Origin: Eledone cirrhosa
Taxonomy: Eukaryota
NCBI GenBank assembly: GCA_964016885.1
Contig: OZ024760.1
Span: forward strand, 27,962,001 to 28,026,000
Direction: 5' to 3'
DNA length: 64,000 nucleotides
Shown here: piece after piece, positions 44,966-58,209 of the stretch
How positions within the stretch are numbered: position 1 is the first letter of the stretch
Layout: the number at the start of each line of letters is the position of its first letter
Program-made: the position numbers and the translations under genes
The notes under the pieces: model-generated
The model's input: the letters and a program-made list of their open reading frames with translations, nothing else
Database searches by the model: none
What the model was told of the DNA's origin: nothing

Positions 44966-47958
44966 TGTAGGAGTCTAGCTAAGGCGAGATGTAACCCTGT
45001 AGGAGTCTAGCTAAGGCGAGATGCAACCTTGTAGGAGTCTAGCTAAGGCGAGATGTAACCCTGTAGGAGTCTAGCTAAGGCGAGATGTAACCCTGTAGGA
45101 GTCTAGCTAAGGCGAGATGCAACCTTGTAGGAGTCTAGCTAAGGCGAGATGTAACCCTGTAGGAGTCTAGCTAAGGCGAGATGTAACCCTGTAGGAGTCT
45201 AGCTAAGGCGAGATGTAACCCTGTAGGAGTCTAGCTAAGGCGAGATGTAACCCTGTAGGAGTCTAGCTAAGGCGAGATGCAACCTTGTAGGAGTCTAGCT
45301 AAGGCGAGATGCAACCTTGTAGGAGACTAGCTAAGGTGAGATGTAACCCTGTAGGAGTCTAGCTAAGGCGAGATGTAACCCTGTGTGAGTCTAGCTAAGG
45401 CGAGATGTAACCCTGTAGGAGTCTAGCTAAGGCGAGATGTAACCCTGTAGGAGTCTAGCTAAGGCGAGATGTAACCCTGTAGGAGTCTAGCTAAGGCGAG
45501 ATGCAACCTTGTAGGAGTCTAGCTAAGGCGAGATGCAACCTTGTAGGAGACTAGCTAAGGTGAGATGTAACCCTGTAGGAGTCTAGCTAAGGCGAGATGT
45601 AACCCTGTGTGAGTCTAGCTAAGGCGAGATGTAACCCTGTAGGAGTCTAGCTAAGGCGAGATGTAACCCTGTAGGAGTCTAGCTAAGGCGAGATGTAACC
45701 CTGTAGGAGTCTAGCTAAGGCGAGATGTAACCCTGTAGGAGTCTAGCTAAGGCGAGATGCAACCTTGTAGGAGACTAGCTAAGGTGAGATGTAACCCTGT
45801 AGGAGTCTAGCTAAGGCGAGATGTAACCCTGTGTGAGTCTAGCTAAGGCGAGATGTAACCCTGTAGGAGTCTAGCTAAGGCGAGATGCAACCTTGTAGGA
45901 GTCTAGCTAAGGCGAGATGTAACCCTGTAGGAGTCTAGCTAAGGCGAGATGTAACCCTGTAGGAGTCTAGCTAAGGCGAGATGTAACCCTGTGTGAGTCT
46001 AGCTAAGGCGAGATGTAACCCTGTAGGAGTCTAGCTAAGGCGAGATGTAACCCTGTAGGAGTCTAGCTAAGGCGAGATGCAACCTTGTAGGAGACTAGCT
46101 AAGGCGAGATGCAACCTTGTAGGAGTCTAGCTAAGGCGAGATGTAACCCTGTAGGAGTCTAGCTAAGGCGAGATGTAACCCTGTAGGAGTCTAGCTAAGG
46201 CGAGATGTAACCCTGTGTGAGTCTAGCTAAGGCGAGATGTAACCCTGTAGGAGTCTAGATAAGGCGAGATGCAACCTTGTGTGAGTCTAGCTAAGGCGAG
46301 ATGTAACCCTGTAGGAGTCTAGCTAAGGCGAGATGTAACCCTGTGTGAGTCTAGCTAAGGCGAGATGTAACCCTGTAGGAGTCTAGCTAAGGCGAGATGT
46401 AACCCTGTAGGAGTCTAGCTAAGGCGAGATGCAACTCTGTAGGAGTCTAGCTAAGGCGAGATGTAACCCTGTAGGAGTCTAGCTAAGGTGAGATGTAACC
46501 CTGTAGGAGTCTAGCTAAGGCGAGATGTAACCCTGTAGGAGTCTAGCTAAGGCGAGATGCAACTCTGTAGGAGTCTAGCTAAGGCGAGATTTAACCCTGT
46601 AGGAGTCTAGCTAAGGCGAGATGTAACCCTGTAGGAGTCTAGCTAAGGCGAGATGTAACCCTGTAGGAGTCTAGCTAAGGCGAGATGTAACCCTGTGTGA
46701 GTCTAGCTAAGGCGAGATGTAACCCTGTGTGAGTCTAGCTAAGGCGAGATGTAACCCTGTGTGAGTCTAGCTAAGGCGAGATGTAACCCTGTGTGAGTCT
46801 AGCTAAGGCGAGATGTAACCCTGTAGGAGTCTAGCTAAGGCGAGATGCAACCTTGTAGGAGTCTAGCTAAGGCGAGATGTAACCCTGTAGGAGTCTAGCT
46901 AAGGTGAGATGTAACCCTGTAGGAGTCTAGCTAAGGTGAGATGTAACCCTGTAGGAGTCTAGCTAAGGCGAGATGTAACCCTGTAGGAGTCTAGCTAAGG
47001 CGAGATGCAACCTTGTAGGAGTCTAGCTAAGGCGAGATGCAACCTTGTAGGAGTCTAGCTAAGGCGAGATGCAACCTTGTAGGATTCTAGCTAAGGCGAG
47101 ATGTAACCCTGTAGGAGTCTAGCTAAGGCGAGATGCAACCTTGTAGGAGTCTAGCTAAGGCGAGATGTAACCCTGTAGGAGTCTAGCTAAGGCGAGATGC
47201 AACCCTGTAGGAGTCTAGCTAAGGCGAGATGTAACCCTGTGTGAGTCTAGCTAAGGCGAGATGTAACCCTGTGTGAGTCTAGCTAAGGCGAGATGCAACC
47301 CTGTAGGAGTCTAGCTAAGGCGAGATGTAACCCTGTGTGAGTCTAGCTAAGGTGAGATGTAACCCTGTGTGAGTCTAGCTAAGGCGAGATGTAACCCTGT
47401 AGGAGTCTAGCTAAGGCGAGATGTAACCCTGTGTGAGTCTAGCTAAGGTGAGATGTAACCCTGTGTGAGTCTAGCTAAGGTGAGATGTAACCCTGTGTGA
47501 GTCTAGCTAAGGCGAGATGTAACCCTGTAGGAGTCTAGCTAAGGCGAGATGTAACCCTGTAGGAGTCTAGCTAAGGCGAGATGTAACCCTGTAGGAGTCT
47601 AGCTAAGGTGAGATGTAACCCTGTAGGAGTCTAGCTAAGGTGAGATGTAACCCTGTAGGAGTCTAGCTAAGGTGAGATGTAACCCTGTGTGAGTCTAGCT
47701 AAGGCGAGATGTAACCCTGTAGGAGTCTAGCTAAGGCGAGATGTAACCCTGTAGGAGTCTAGCTAAGGTGAGATGTAACCCTGTGTGAGTCTAGCTAAGG
47801 CGAGATGTAACCCTGTGTGAGTCTAGCTAAGGCGAGATGTAACCCTGTGTGAGTCTAGCTAAGGCGAGATGTGACCCTGTGTGAGTCTAGCTAAGGCGAG
47901 ATGTAACCCTGTAGGAGTCTAGTTAAAGCGAGATGCAACTCTGTAGGAGTCCAGCTAA
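44966..47958. repeat. 32-bp satellite, approx. 93 units
   Basis: tgtaggagtctagctaaggcgagatgtaaccc head-to-tail with no spacers. Confidence 0.97.
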
Positions 47959-48517
47959 ACTCACAGTGTGAGCTATAACAATCGCGGGACCTCAATAATT
48001 AAACCACCGAAGAAACAGGCGGGATTCGACATCAAAAGATACCAACTAAACGTGTATCAATGTGATCTGTAAAATTCATTTTCTTTAAACTACAAATGAC
48101 GTTTTAGTAGACATGGTTTTAGATTTAAACGGGGGTTTTAACCTCCCACAGTCCCCGGGATTTATTTAACACCTGGGTCTATGTAACATAGAACCTAATT
48201 TAGACAAGATTTGAATGCAGATAATATTTCAACCCTGATATGTTTTTATAGATATGACTAAATTGTCGCCTGTTTTTACCAAGGCTGACTTATATAACAC
48301 TGCAGATTCGCCTGACTGCCATTACTGCGTGCGTTCTACTATATTGTATATAGGTCTCTAACAACAAGGGGGTTTAAAGCCGAATATAGAACTCCAACTG
48401 CAACCCACTGGGAGATGGTTGCATCTAGAGTGGGAGCAGGGTGGAGGAGAATGTCTGAGATGAAGTAGAGGAGCTTAGATCGGCGTATGAATATATATAT
48501 ATATATATATATATATA

Positions 48518-48682
48518 ATTGTTTCTACTATTGGCACAAAGCCATCAATTACCCCAGTGCATTACTGGTACTTTATTTTATCGACCCCGTAAGGACGAAA
48601 GGCAAAGTTAACCTCAGCGAAATTTAGGGACGTAACTCTATGCTGGAAATCATGGCGTTGACACTCTACCGATACTGCCAAT
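48518..48682 (-). mobile_element. Nin-domain SINE with internal deletion
   Basis: Match to the 1251 SINE. Confidence 0.85.
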
Positions 48683-48950
48683 GGGGGCACAAGTGTCTCT
48701 CTCCCCTCTCTCCCCCCCTCTCTCTCTCTAGTAATAAGAATATTTATATTTATATATGTTTAATACAATTATAAATATGGAGGGTAAGTACTATAACACT
48801 AACAACACTTATGTATCCTAAATGCTCTGAATGACGATTTTAGTCACGTTTTGACATTCCCTATGCTCCGATGATTCCAGACTTCCCTCTGGAAGAAACA
48901 ATTGTCAGCAAATAAATGTTCTAAACTAAAATTTGATCGTTTTAACACTT

Positions 48951-48999
<49 letters not shown>

Positions 49000-49001
<2 letters not shown>

Positions 49002-49145
49002 CAAGGATGAATAGTTACCCTTCATTACGTTCATTGGCTGGTGACACGCGTTTCGCTACTGATCAGCTCAAGGTTCGATCTGTATCAATCTAGCCCGACT
49101 CTGGAATCAAAAGCTCGTCGGACCCCTGTGGTAGTGATGACAGAA
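49000..49145 (-). mobile_element. Family H fragment with long-stem-II hammerhead-like motif
   Basis: GGT-CCGACGA-GCT...AGC-GAAA-CGCGTG-TC-ACC on the minus strand, homologous to 28790-28960. Confidence 0.65.
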
Positions 49146-49459
49146 AAAAATATGTGTGTATGTATGCGTGTATATATATATATGTATATCATCACCCGGA
49201 TCACTGATGGCGGCTCATGTGTGGTGTAGTTCTTTTGTCACACATATCTGTGACATCTTCAGCGATCATCATGTTTCCATGTTTCTTCCCGTTCTGTTCC
49301 TATATTTTCTGATTTCATTTTGTTTTATTTATTTATTGTTATCTCTGTCTGCGCATGCGTCTGTGTGTTTGTATTCTGTTTATTTTGTTTGCAGCGTGCC
49401 CCACCCTGTACCCCCATGCTCCTCGCATGCACCCATACACTGGCACACACACACACATA

Positions 49460-49569
<110 letters not shown>

Positions 49570-49689
49570 AAGCATTACGTACGTTTCATCATTAAAAACT
49601 GTGACAGCCATCATTTCTCCCCTTCCTCCTCCTCCCCTGCTAGTTGTACATATATCAGTCACTCCCACTCTACCTCACCTGTCTATATA

Positions 49690-50252
49690 TAACATGTCCC
49701 TCCTCCTCTCTCTATATATCATGTCTCTCTCCTTCTCTATATATCCTGTCCCTCTCCCTCTCTATATATCATGTCCCTCCCCCTCTCTCTATATATCATG
49801 GCCCTCTCCCTCTCTATATATATCATGTCCCTCTCCCTCTCTATATATCATGTCCCTCTCCCTCTCTCTATATCATGTCCCTCCCCCTCTCTCTATATCA
49901 TGGCCCTCCCCCTCTCTCTATATCATGGCCCTCCCCCTCTCTCTATATATCATGGCTCTCCCCCTCTCTATATATATCATGGCCCTCTCCCTCTCTATAT
50001 ATATCATGTCCCTCCCCCTCTCTATATCCTGGCCCTCTCCCTATCTATATATATCATGGCCCTCTCCCTCTCTCTATATATCATGTCCCTCCCCCTCTCT
50101 CTATATATCAAGTCCCTCTCTATATATCAAGTCCCTCTCTATATATCATGTCCCTCTCTATATATCATGTCCCTCTCTATATATCATGTCCCTCTCTATA
50201 TATCATGTCCCTCTCCCTCTCTCTATATATCATGTCCCTCCCCCTCTCTCTA
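49690..50252. repeat. Approx. 20-30 bp pyrimidine-rich minisatellite
   Basis: Repeated tatatcatgtccctctccctctc. Confidence 0.9.
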
Positions 50253-50606
50253 TATTCTGTCTTTCGTTTTGGAGTGTTCCATGCTGCAATAACAAACTTA
50301 TATGTTTACACCTACACACACATACATACACACATACATACACACCTACACACACATACATACACACCTACACACACATACATACACACATACACACATA
50401 TAAACACACATAAACACACATACATACACATACACACACATACACACACACACACACGCACGCATACACACATACAACGTAAACCTATACGCACATACAT
50501 CCATATGTGTGTGTGTGTGTGTATATATGTATGCGTGTATATGTATGTATATATATGTGTATATATTTGTATATGTATGTATATGTTGATATATATGTGT
50601 ATTTGA

Positions 50607-50657
<51 letters not shown>

Positions 50658-51006
50658 ACTCAAATACATATATACATACGCATATATATATATTACACAC
50701 ACACACACACTCTCTCTCTCTACACACACCTCTCTCTCCACCTCTCTCTCTACACACACAATCTCTCTCTCCACCTCTCTCTCTCTCCACCTCTCTCTCT
50801 CTACACACACCTCTCTCTCTCACTCTCTCTCTCTCTCTCAACACACACTCTCTCTCTCTCTCTCTCTCTCCACACACCTCTCTCTCTCTCCCTCTCTCTC
50901 TCTCCACACACACACACACACACTCTCTCTCTCTCCACACACCTCTCTCTCTCTCTCTACACACACTCTCTCCACACACACGCACACTCTCTCTCTCTCT
51001 CCACAC

Positions 51007-51041
<35 letters not shown>

Positions 51042-51326
51042 CACACTACACACTCTCTCTCTCTCACCCCACCTCCCCCATACACGTAAATCCCAACTGA
51101 CAACTACCCCCCCCCCCCCCTAACTATCTACAGATGGTATCTTATCTGATTGCAGGAGATGTTAGAGATAAGAATTGGGAAGGGAAAGTACATTGTACCT
51201 GTAGTAGTGGTAGTGGTGGTGGTAGTAGTAGTAGTGGTGGTAGTGGTGGTGGTGGTAGTAGTAATGGTGGTAGTGGTAGTGGTGGTGGTGGTAGTGGTGG
51301 TGGTGGTAGTTGTTGTGGTAGTGGTG

Positions 51327-51358
<32 letters not shown>

Positions 51359-51714
51359 GGTGGTAGTGGTGGTGGTGGTGGTGGTGGTAGTAGTTGTAGT
51401 AGTAATAATGGTGGTGGTAGTAGTAGTTGTAGTAATGGTGGTAGTGGTGGTGGTAGTGGTGGTAGTAGTAGTAGTGGTGGTAATGGTAGTAGTAGTAGTT
51501 GTAGTAGTAGTGGTGGTGGTAGTAGTGGTGGAGGTAGTGGTAGTAGTAGTAATTGTGGTGGTTGTAGTGGTAGTAGTAATGGTGGTGGTAGTAGTGGCGT
51601 ATTGTTGATATGCCATTTACATCTCACACCTATGTAGGTTTAGCTGGCCTCCCTCCAATGTTAGGTCTCATAGGGGGTTTCTTGGGTGTTTTAATGATAG
51701 GGACCCCAGTCCTA

Positions 51715-51772
<58 letters not shown>

Positions 51773-52603
51773 TTGCTGAGTCGCTTGCCTCATTAAGTCT
51801 CATGATATGGTTCTGGAATGTAGAGAGCTTCTCAAGTGACCTTGTCGTCCAATTAACACAGTCAAGACCATATAACACAACTGGTAGGATGTATGTATCG
51901 AAGATCTTAGCCTTCAAATGATAGTAAACTCGTTTTGATATTAGTACTTCCTTGTCCTTGTTGAAAGCTGCCCAACCTAGAGCGATTCGATACTGCGCAG
52001 CATCCATTCCATTGTTGTTTGGTGATAGTTTGTGACTCTGTCTTGTGACACTAAACTCCGCCAGTTGCAGTCTGCACATCAACATGTGATATCTCTCTCC
52101 ACAAAGTTCGATCACCTCCAGCAGAGTTTAAAGAGCAAAGATCAAGTCCAGTCCATAGGTTAACATTGTCAAGCCGCCGTTTCGGCTGCCAGCCTCTACT
52201 TCTCCTACCAGCCAACCTTCCTTCTAGGCATAACCTACTCACACCACGAGTTGATCTTTTTATATGGCCGTATAGTTTGCGTACTCTTGACTTGACAATT
52301 GATGTAATTGGTTTAAGTCTGGTAATGTTGAGCAGGTCACTGATACAGATACGGTCGCTGAGTCGCTTGCCAGTCATAAGTCTCATGATGTGGTTCTGGA
52401 ATATAGAGAGCTTCTGAAGTGACCTTGTCGTCGTCCAATTAACACAGTCAAGACCATATAACACAACTAGTAGGATGTAAGTATTGAAGATCTTAGCCTT
52501 CAAATGATAGTAAAGTCGTTTTGATGTTAGTACTTCCTTGTCCTTGTTGAAAGCTGCCCAACCTAGAGCGATTCGATATTGCGCAGCAACCATTCCATTG
52601 TTT
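51773..52603 (-). mobile_element. RTE-clade LINE 3' fragment (52020-52603) with partial tandem duplicate (51773-52016)
   Basis: RIALGWAAF...KAKIFNTYIL.VVLYG...YGHIKR...LEGRLAGRRSRG...DRTLWR is the RTE C-terminal region. Confidence 0.9.
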
Positions 52604-53229
52604 GGCCATATTTTGTGACCGAAAGCTACAAACTCTGTAACTTCAGCAGTGACTGCACCACATTAGATATTAAAGTTTACTGTAAATTTCCACGACGATT
52701 TCTCGACTAATTTAGACACTATAAACATTTGAATTAACAAACAACAACTTTACATTAAGTCCTTCCGAGGTGAATATATGAAATACCAGTTACGTACTCG
52801 GGGTAGATATAGTTCACTATCTCCTTACCACCACCACTAAATGCCCCCAATGGTCAAGAAGTGGTGATAGTGGTGGTGATGGTGATGGCGGGGGTGGTAG
52901 TGGTAGTGGTGATGAGTGGTAGTAATGGTGATGGCGGGGGTGGGGTGATGGTCGTAGTGGTGATGATGGTGTGATGGTAGTGGTGGTGGTGGTAGTGTTG
53001 GTAATGGTGATAGTGGTGGTGATGGTGATTGTGTTGATGATGGTGATAGTAGTGGTGGTGATGGTGATGGTAGTGGTGGTAGTGGTGATTGTGATGGTAG
53101 TGGTGATGGTGGTGGTAGTGGTGATTGTGATGGTAGTGGTGGTGATGGTGATGGTGGTGGTGTTAAACCGGGCGGCAGATTTAAGTCTTCCTACAGATCT
53201 ACTCAAGCAGTCCTTTCGACAGACTTCCA

Positions 53230-53445
53230 AACACTATAGGCGTGTCACGTGACCACTAATGGCGACACTAGTGTTTCCGGTCAAATTTTATGTTCTCTAG
53301 ATTCAAATAATACCTTCCACAGTTTTTATTCCGTTTTCCATTCAGTTTATTATTTGTTGTAAATGAGAAAATCAGAGAACGCCGCGTCTCACCAGATTCG
53401 ACTGTCGTCTGCTTCACTGAAATCTCTTTATATCGCCATATTTGA
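53230..53445. promoter_or_regulatory. Possible promoter-like island
   Basis: Palindromic E-box GTCACGTGAC (approx. 53243), ATGGCG/CGCCAT (YY1-like), TTCCGG (ETS-like), locally CpG-rich unique sequence. Confidence 0.3.
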
Positions 53446-53755
53446 CATTAATTAGCCTTACTACCCCTCCCCCACTCTCTTTTTCTTTCTCTTTCTCTCT
53501 TTTTCTTTCTCTTTCTCTCTTTTTCTTTCTCTTTCTCTCTTTTCTTTCTCTTTCTCTCTTTTTTTCTTTCTCTTTCTCTCTCTCTTTCTCTTTCTCTCTC
53601 TCTTTCTCTTTCTCTTTCTCGCTCTCTTTCTCTTTCTTTCTCTCTCTCTTTCTCTTTCTCTCTCTCTTTCTCTTTCTCTCTCTCTTTCTTTCTCTCTCTT
53701 TCTTTCTTTCTCTCTCTTTCTTTCTTTCTCTCTCTCTTTCTTTCTTTCTTTCTCT

Positions 53756-53829
<74 letters not shown>

Positions 53830-53975
53830 GGCTGCCACTCTATGTTTCGTTATTTCATTATTTCTTTACACATTAAATTCATATTTAATACAATATTCGA
53901 CGATTTAACTACACTTTGCTCCGAGCAGTTCTCTCCTCCCCCTTCTCTCCCTACCTACCACTCTATTTATCAATG

Positions 53976-54310
<335 letters not shown>

Positions 54311-54460
54311 CTACAGGACTAGGACTGTTTCATTCCTATTAAATCATCCAGATATTCATACGAATGAAACAGTTCTATATATAATAGAGGTGCCTAAACT
54401 CTACCAACGTGCAGAGTACCTTTTTTTAACTGTGATTAAAGCCCGACAACACTCAAGAAC

Positions 54461-54525
<65 letters not shown>

Positions 54526-54814
54526 CTATAAAGTATGTCCATAGAATTATTTGATAGGATATATACACCATTTCCTCTCCCAATTAGCATAATCAACCAC
54601 ACAAAAAACTAATTAAACCAGGCTATAAGATTAAAAGGCACATATGAAGAAATAATAGATAAATAAACGACAGCCATCTATTCGCGATCAACAGCTATAG
54701 AATATTTACCCACCAGTTCAATAGCATGTGGAATCCGATTAAATATATCGTCAACCATACACAATTAGGTATAGAATTAAAGTTAGAAGAAAAAATGTAT
54801 ATAAACATACCAGG

Positions 54815-54863
<49 letters not shown>

Positions 54864-55255
54864 CGAAAGGAGCTGTGTAGTTAGTGTAAATAAAGTTTAA
54901 AATGGTAGTATGGAAGAAACAAGAAAAGAAAAGAAATCCTTCATCAGCTGTATAAACTGAGATCAAGATTTTTCGGTATAGGTATTAAGGTGCAAATTAA
55001 TTGCGTCCGTAGGCGGTATGCCGAATGAGCATTCTCTGTTCTTGGGGAGCAGAGTATCAATAATATTAATATATAAGGGAATAAAGAATCAGTATTTCAT
55101 CATATACATATTTAATTACATATTACATATGTTTCACTGTCAATCTGCTCGAGGAACGGTCTATATATGTAACAGGTAAACAGAAATAACAACACAATTG
55201 GTACAGTTTATGGAAGTAATATATTAGGTTAACGCTTGAAATAGCAGGAAGAGGG

Positions 55256-55291
55256 TCTTAACGTTTCAGACGCTAGTCCTTCGTCAGAAGA
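55256..55291 (-). ncRNA. Minimal PLE-type hammerhead
   Basis: CTT-CTGACGA-aGGAC tagc GTCT-GAAACGTTA-AG, with palindromic AACGTT and a very short stem I. Confidence 0.65.
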
Positions 55292-55501
55292 AAGAATGAG
55301 AAATTAGATAGATTGAGGAAACGGCCGGGGTAGAATCGGAAAAAATGTTTTTAGATAAAAATAACAGGTCCATTCATGTTGACATCTCTTGGAAAACTGT
55401 TGATGCTGGCGTTTTGTGTATGATTTACATTTTTAGAAAAGTGTATGATGGAAAAAAAAAACGTTTTGTATATAGAGCTATACTTGTGTGCGTGTATGTG
55501 T

Positions 55502-55544
<43 letters not shown>

Positions 55545-55546
<2 letters not shown>

Positions 55547-56049
55547 TAACATGTAACCCAGTACAACCTGTCGCATGGTCGGGTCGTCGGCGACTAAACG
55601 GGCAACCCCACCAAGTTTACTTGGTAAGGAGGGTGATTTTGGACACCCTGCAGGACAAAAAACAAAACCTGACAAAGGGCGGAAGAACTCATAAGAGTCA
55701 ACGACCATCCGAAAGTGAGTAAATATGTATGTACGCATGTACCGCGCGGTTAAACCACTGGGAGTGAAGGACCCCTAGCCTTTGTCAGGGCATTCTTCTA
55801 GGAGAAGGCAACTCAGGAAACTGGGATAACTCCGATATAAACTTGCGGCTCAGTAGTTACCGATGATGTTGATGTTTTCTTCTTTTCGGGTTATAGCAAC
55901 TGTCGCTCAGAGAGTGGGATTGGCTCAGTGCACAGTCTTTCCTCACTTGAAAAAATATCTTCAGGCACAGGCATTGCACGATAGAATTAATTAATAATTA
56001 TTAATAATGGTATATCGTGCAATGGCCACGCTCGATAACGAGGGGGGAA

Positions 56050-56056
<7 letters not shown>
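55545..56056 (+). mobile_element. Approx. 510-bp non-coding retroposon (probably RTE-dependent)
   Basis: Bounded by (TA)n. A second 5'-truncated copy at 35797-36008 shares the 3' end and CAT tail. No ORF. The RTE link is inference. Confidence 0.6.
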
Positions 56057-56102
<46 letters not shown>

Positions 56103-56349
56103 CTAAGATAAATAAAGATCTCTGAGAAAACTACACACACACACACGTGTGTGTGTGTGTAAATTTGGTTATCTGGCAGGTTTCACATATCCTCCTTATT
56201 AGTGTGTTAATGAGATAGGAATACAGGTAACCTTACCTTCTACACGGACTTATTACACACTCACATGAACACATACATATCATATACACATACAGGCACA
56301 CACACGTGCACAGGCACACGCACACACACGTTCACACACACACCTCCAC

Positions 56350-56375
56350 CACCACTACTACTACCAACACCACTA

Positions 56376-56411
<36 letters not shown>

Positions 56412-57843
56412 ATACTACTACTACTACCACCACCACGGCATCTTAATTAACGGGGGTGATGGTTGTTGTGGCGTTGGTAGTAGTAGTCTTAATACAGGTG
56501 ATGCTATTAGTGGTATTAGTTGTGGTAGAGGTTGTGGTGGTAGTAGCAGTGTAGTGGTTGTAGTGGTGTTAGTAGCAGTGTAGTGGTTGTAGTGGTGCTA
56601 GTGGTGGTGGTAAAGGTAGTGGTGCTAGTTGTGGTAATGTTGGTGGTGGTAGTGGTGGTGGTGGTGGTGCTAGTAGTGGCAATGGTGGTAGTAGTAGTAG
56701 TAATAATAGTGGTGGTAGCTGTGGAGAAGTTTTTGGTTGTGGTGGCAGTGTTGTTGGGGGTGTGGTGATGTTGATGGTGTTGTTGTTGGTGGAGGTATGG
56801 TGATGGTGTTGGTGGTGGTGTTGATGGTGGAGGTATGGTGATGGTGTTGGTGGTGGTGTTGATGGTGGTGTTGTTGGTGATGGTGTTGTTGTTGGTGGTG
56901 GCGGTGTTAATGGTGATGTTGTTGTTGTTGGTGATGGTGTTGTTGTTGGTGGTGATGGTGATGGTGGTGGTGTTAATGGTGATGGTGTTGTTGTTGTTGG
57001 TGGTGTTAATGGTAATGGTGTTGTTGTTGGTGGTGGTGTTAATGGTGATGGTGTTGTTGTTGGTGGTGGTGTTGATGGTGATGGTGTTGTTGTTAGTGGT
57101 GGTGTTAATGGTGATGGTGTTGGTGGTGTTAATGGTGGTGGTGTTGTTGTTGGTGTTGGTGGTGGTGGTGTTGTTGTTGGTGGTGGTGTTAATGGTGGTG
57201 GTGTTGTTGTTGGTGGTGATGTTGATGGTGATGTTGTTGGTGGTGGTGGTGTTGGTGGTGGTGTTAATGGTGATGGTGTTGGTGTTGGTGGTGGTGTTGA
57301 TGGTGATGTTGTTGTTGGTGGTGTTGTTAATGGTGATGGTGTTGGTGGTGGTGGTGGTGTTGTTGGTGGTGTTGTTGGTGGTGGTGTTGATGGTGATGGT
57401 GTTGTTGTTGGTGGCGGTGTTAATGGTGGTGGTGTTGTTGTTGTTGGTGGTGTTGTTGTTGTTGGTGGTGTTGATGGTGTTGTTAATGGTGATGGTGTTG
57501 TTGTTGGTGGTGGTGTTAATGGTGATGTTGTTGTTGTTGGTGGTGATGGTGATGGTGTTGGTGTTAATGGTGATGGTGTTGTTGTTGTTGGTGGTGTTAA
57601 TGGTGATGGTGTTGTTGTTGGTGGTGGTGTTAATGGTGATGGTGTTGTTGTTGGTGGTGGTGATGGTGTTGGTGTTAATGGTGATGGTGTTGTTGTTGTT
57701 GGTGGTGGTGTTAATGGTGATGGTGTTGATGGTGGTGTTAATGGTGATGGTGTTGTTGTTGTTGGTGGTGTTGATGGTGGTGGTGTTGGTGGTGGTGTTA
57801 ATGGTGTTGTTGGTGTTAATGGTGATGATGTTGTTGGTGTTAA
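56350..57843. repeat. (GGT/GTT/GAT)n low-complexity tract
   Basis: Direct reading. Similar tracts at 51200-51595, 52860-53160 and 58228-58950. Confidence 0.9.
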
Positions 57844-57990
57844 TGACGTCACACCAGATTTAGCAAAGCTGCTTGACCTTGACCTAGTAAACAGGGAACA
57901 ATGCTGAAAGCTAATTGGTCAATGTCAAGTAGTTCTGTATATCATCTCCTCCTCCCGCCCCTTTATGGCAACCGGAACAGGAAGGGGGAT
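57844..57990. promoter_or_regulatory. Motif-dense candidate cis-regulatory module
   Basis: TGACGTCA 57844, TGACCTTGACCT 57874, GTAAACA 57887, ATTGG 57914, CCCGCCCC 57954, ATGGCAAC 57965, CCGGAA/CAGGAAG 57972-57984. Confidence 0.4.
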
Positions 57991-58024
57991 GTCCAAGACG
58001 ACTTTAATCCGTTTAGTTAATAAT

Positions 58025-58209
58025 TGTTTCTACTTTAGGCACAAGGTCAGCAATTATCTCAGTGTATTACTGGTACTTTATTTTATCGACTCCCGTAAGG
58101 ATGAAAGGCAAAGTTAACCTCGGCGGGATTTGAAATCAGACCACAAAGGGCCGTAACTCTATGCTGCAAAGCATGGCGTTCGACCCTCTACCGATACTGC
58201 CAATCCACC
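58025..58209 (-). mobile_element. Full-length Nin-domain SINE with 11-bp TSD
   Basis: tagttaataat at 58014-58024 and 58210-58220. Confidence 0.9.

Noticed and set aside
44966-47958. CRISPR-like 32-bp repeat
   Set aside because: Units are head-to-tail with no unique spacers, no cas genes, and a eukaryotic context.
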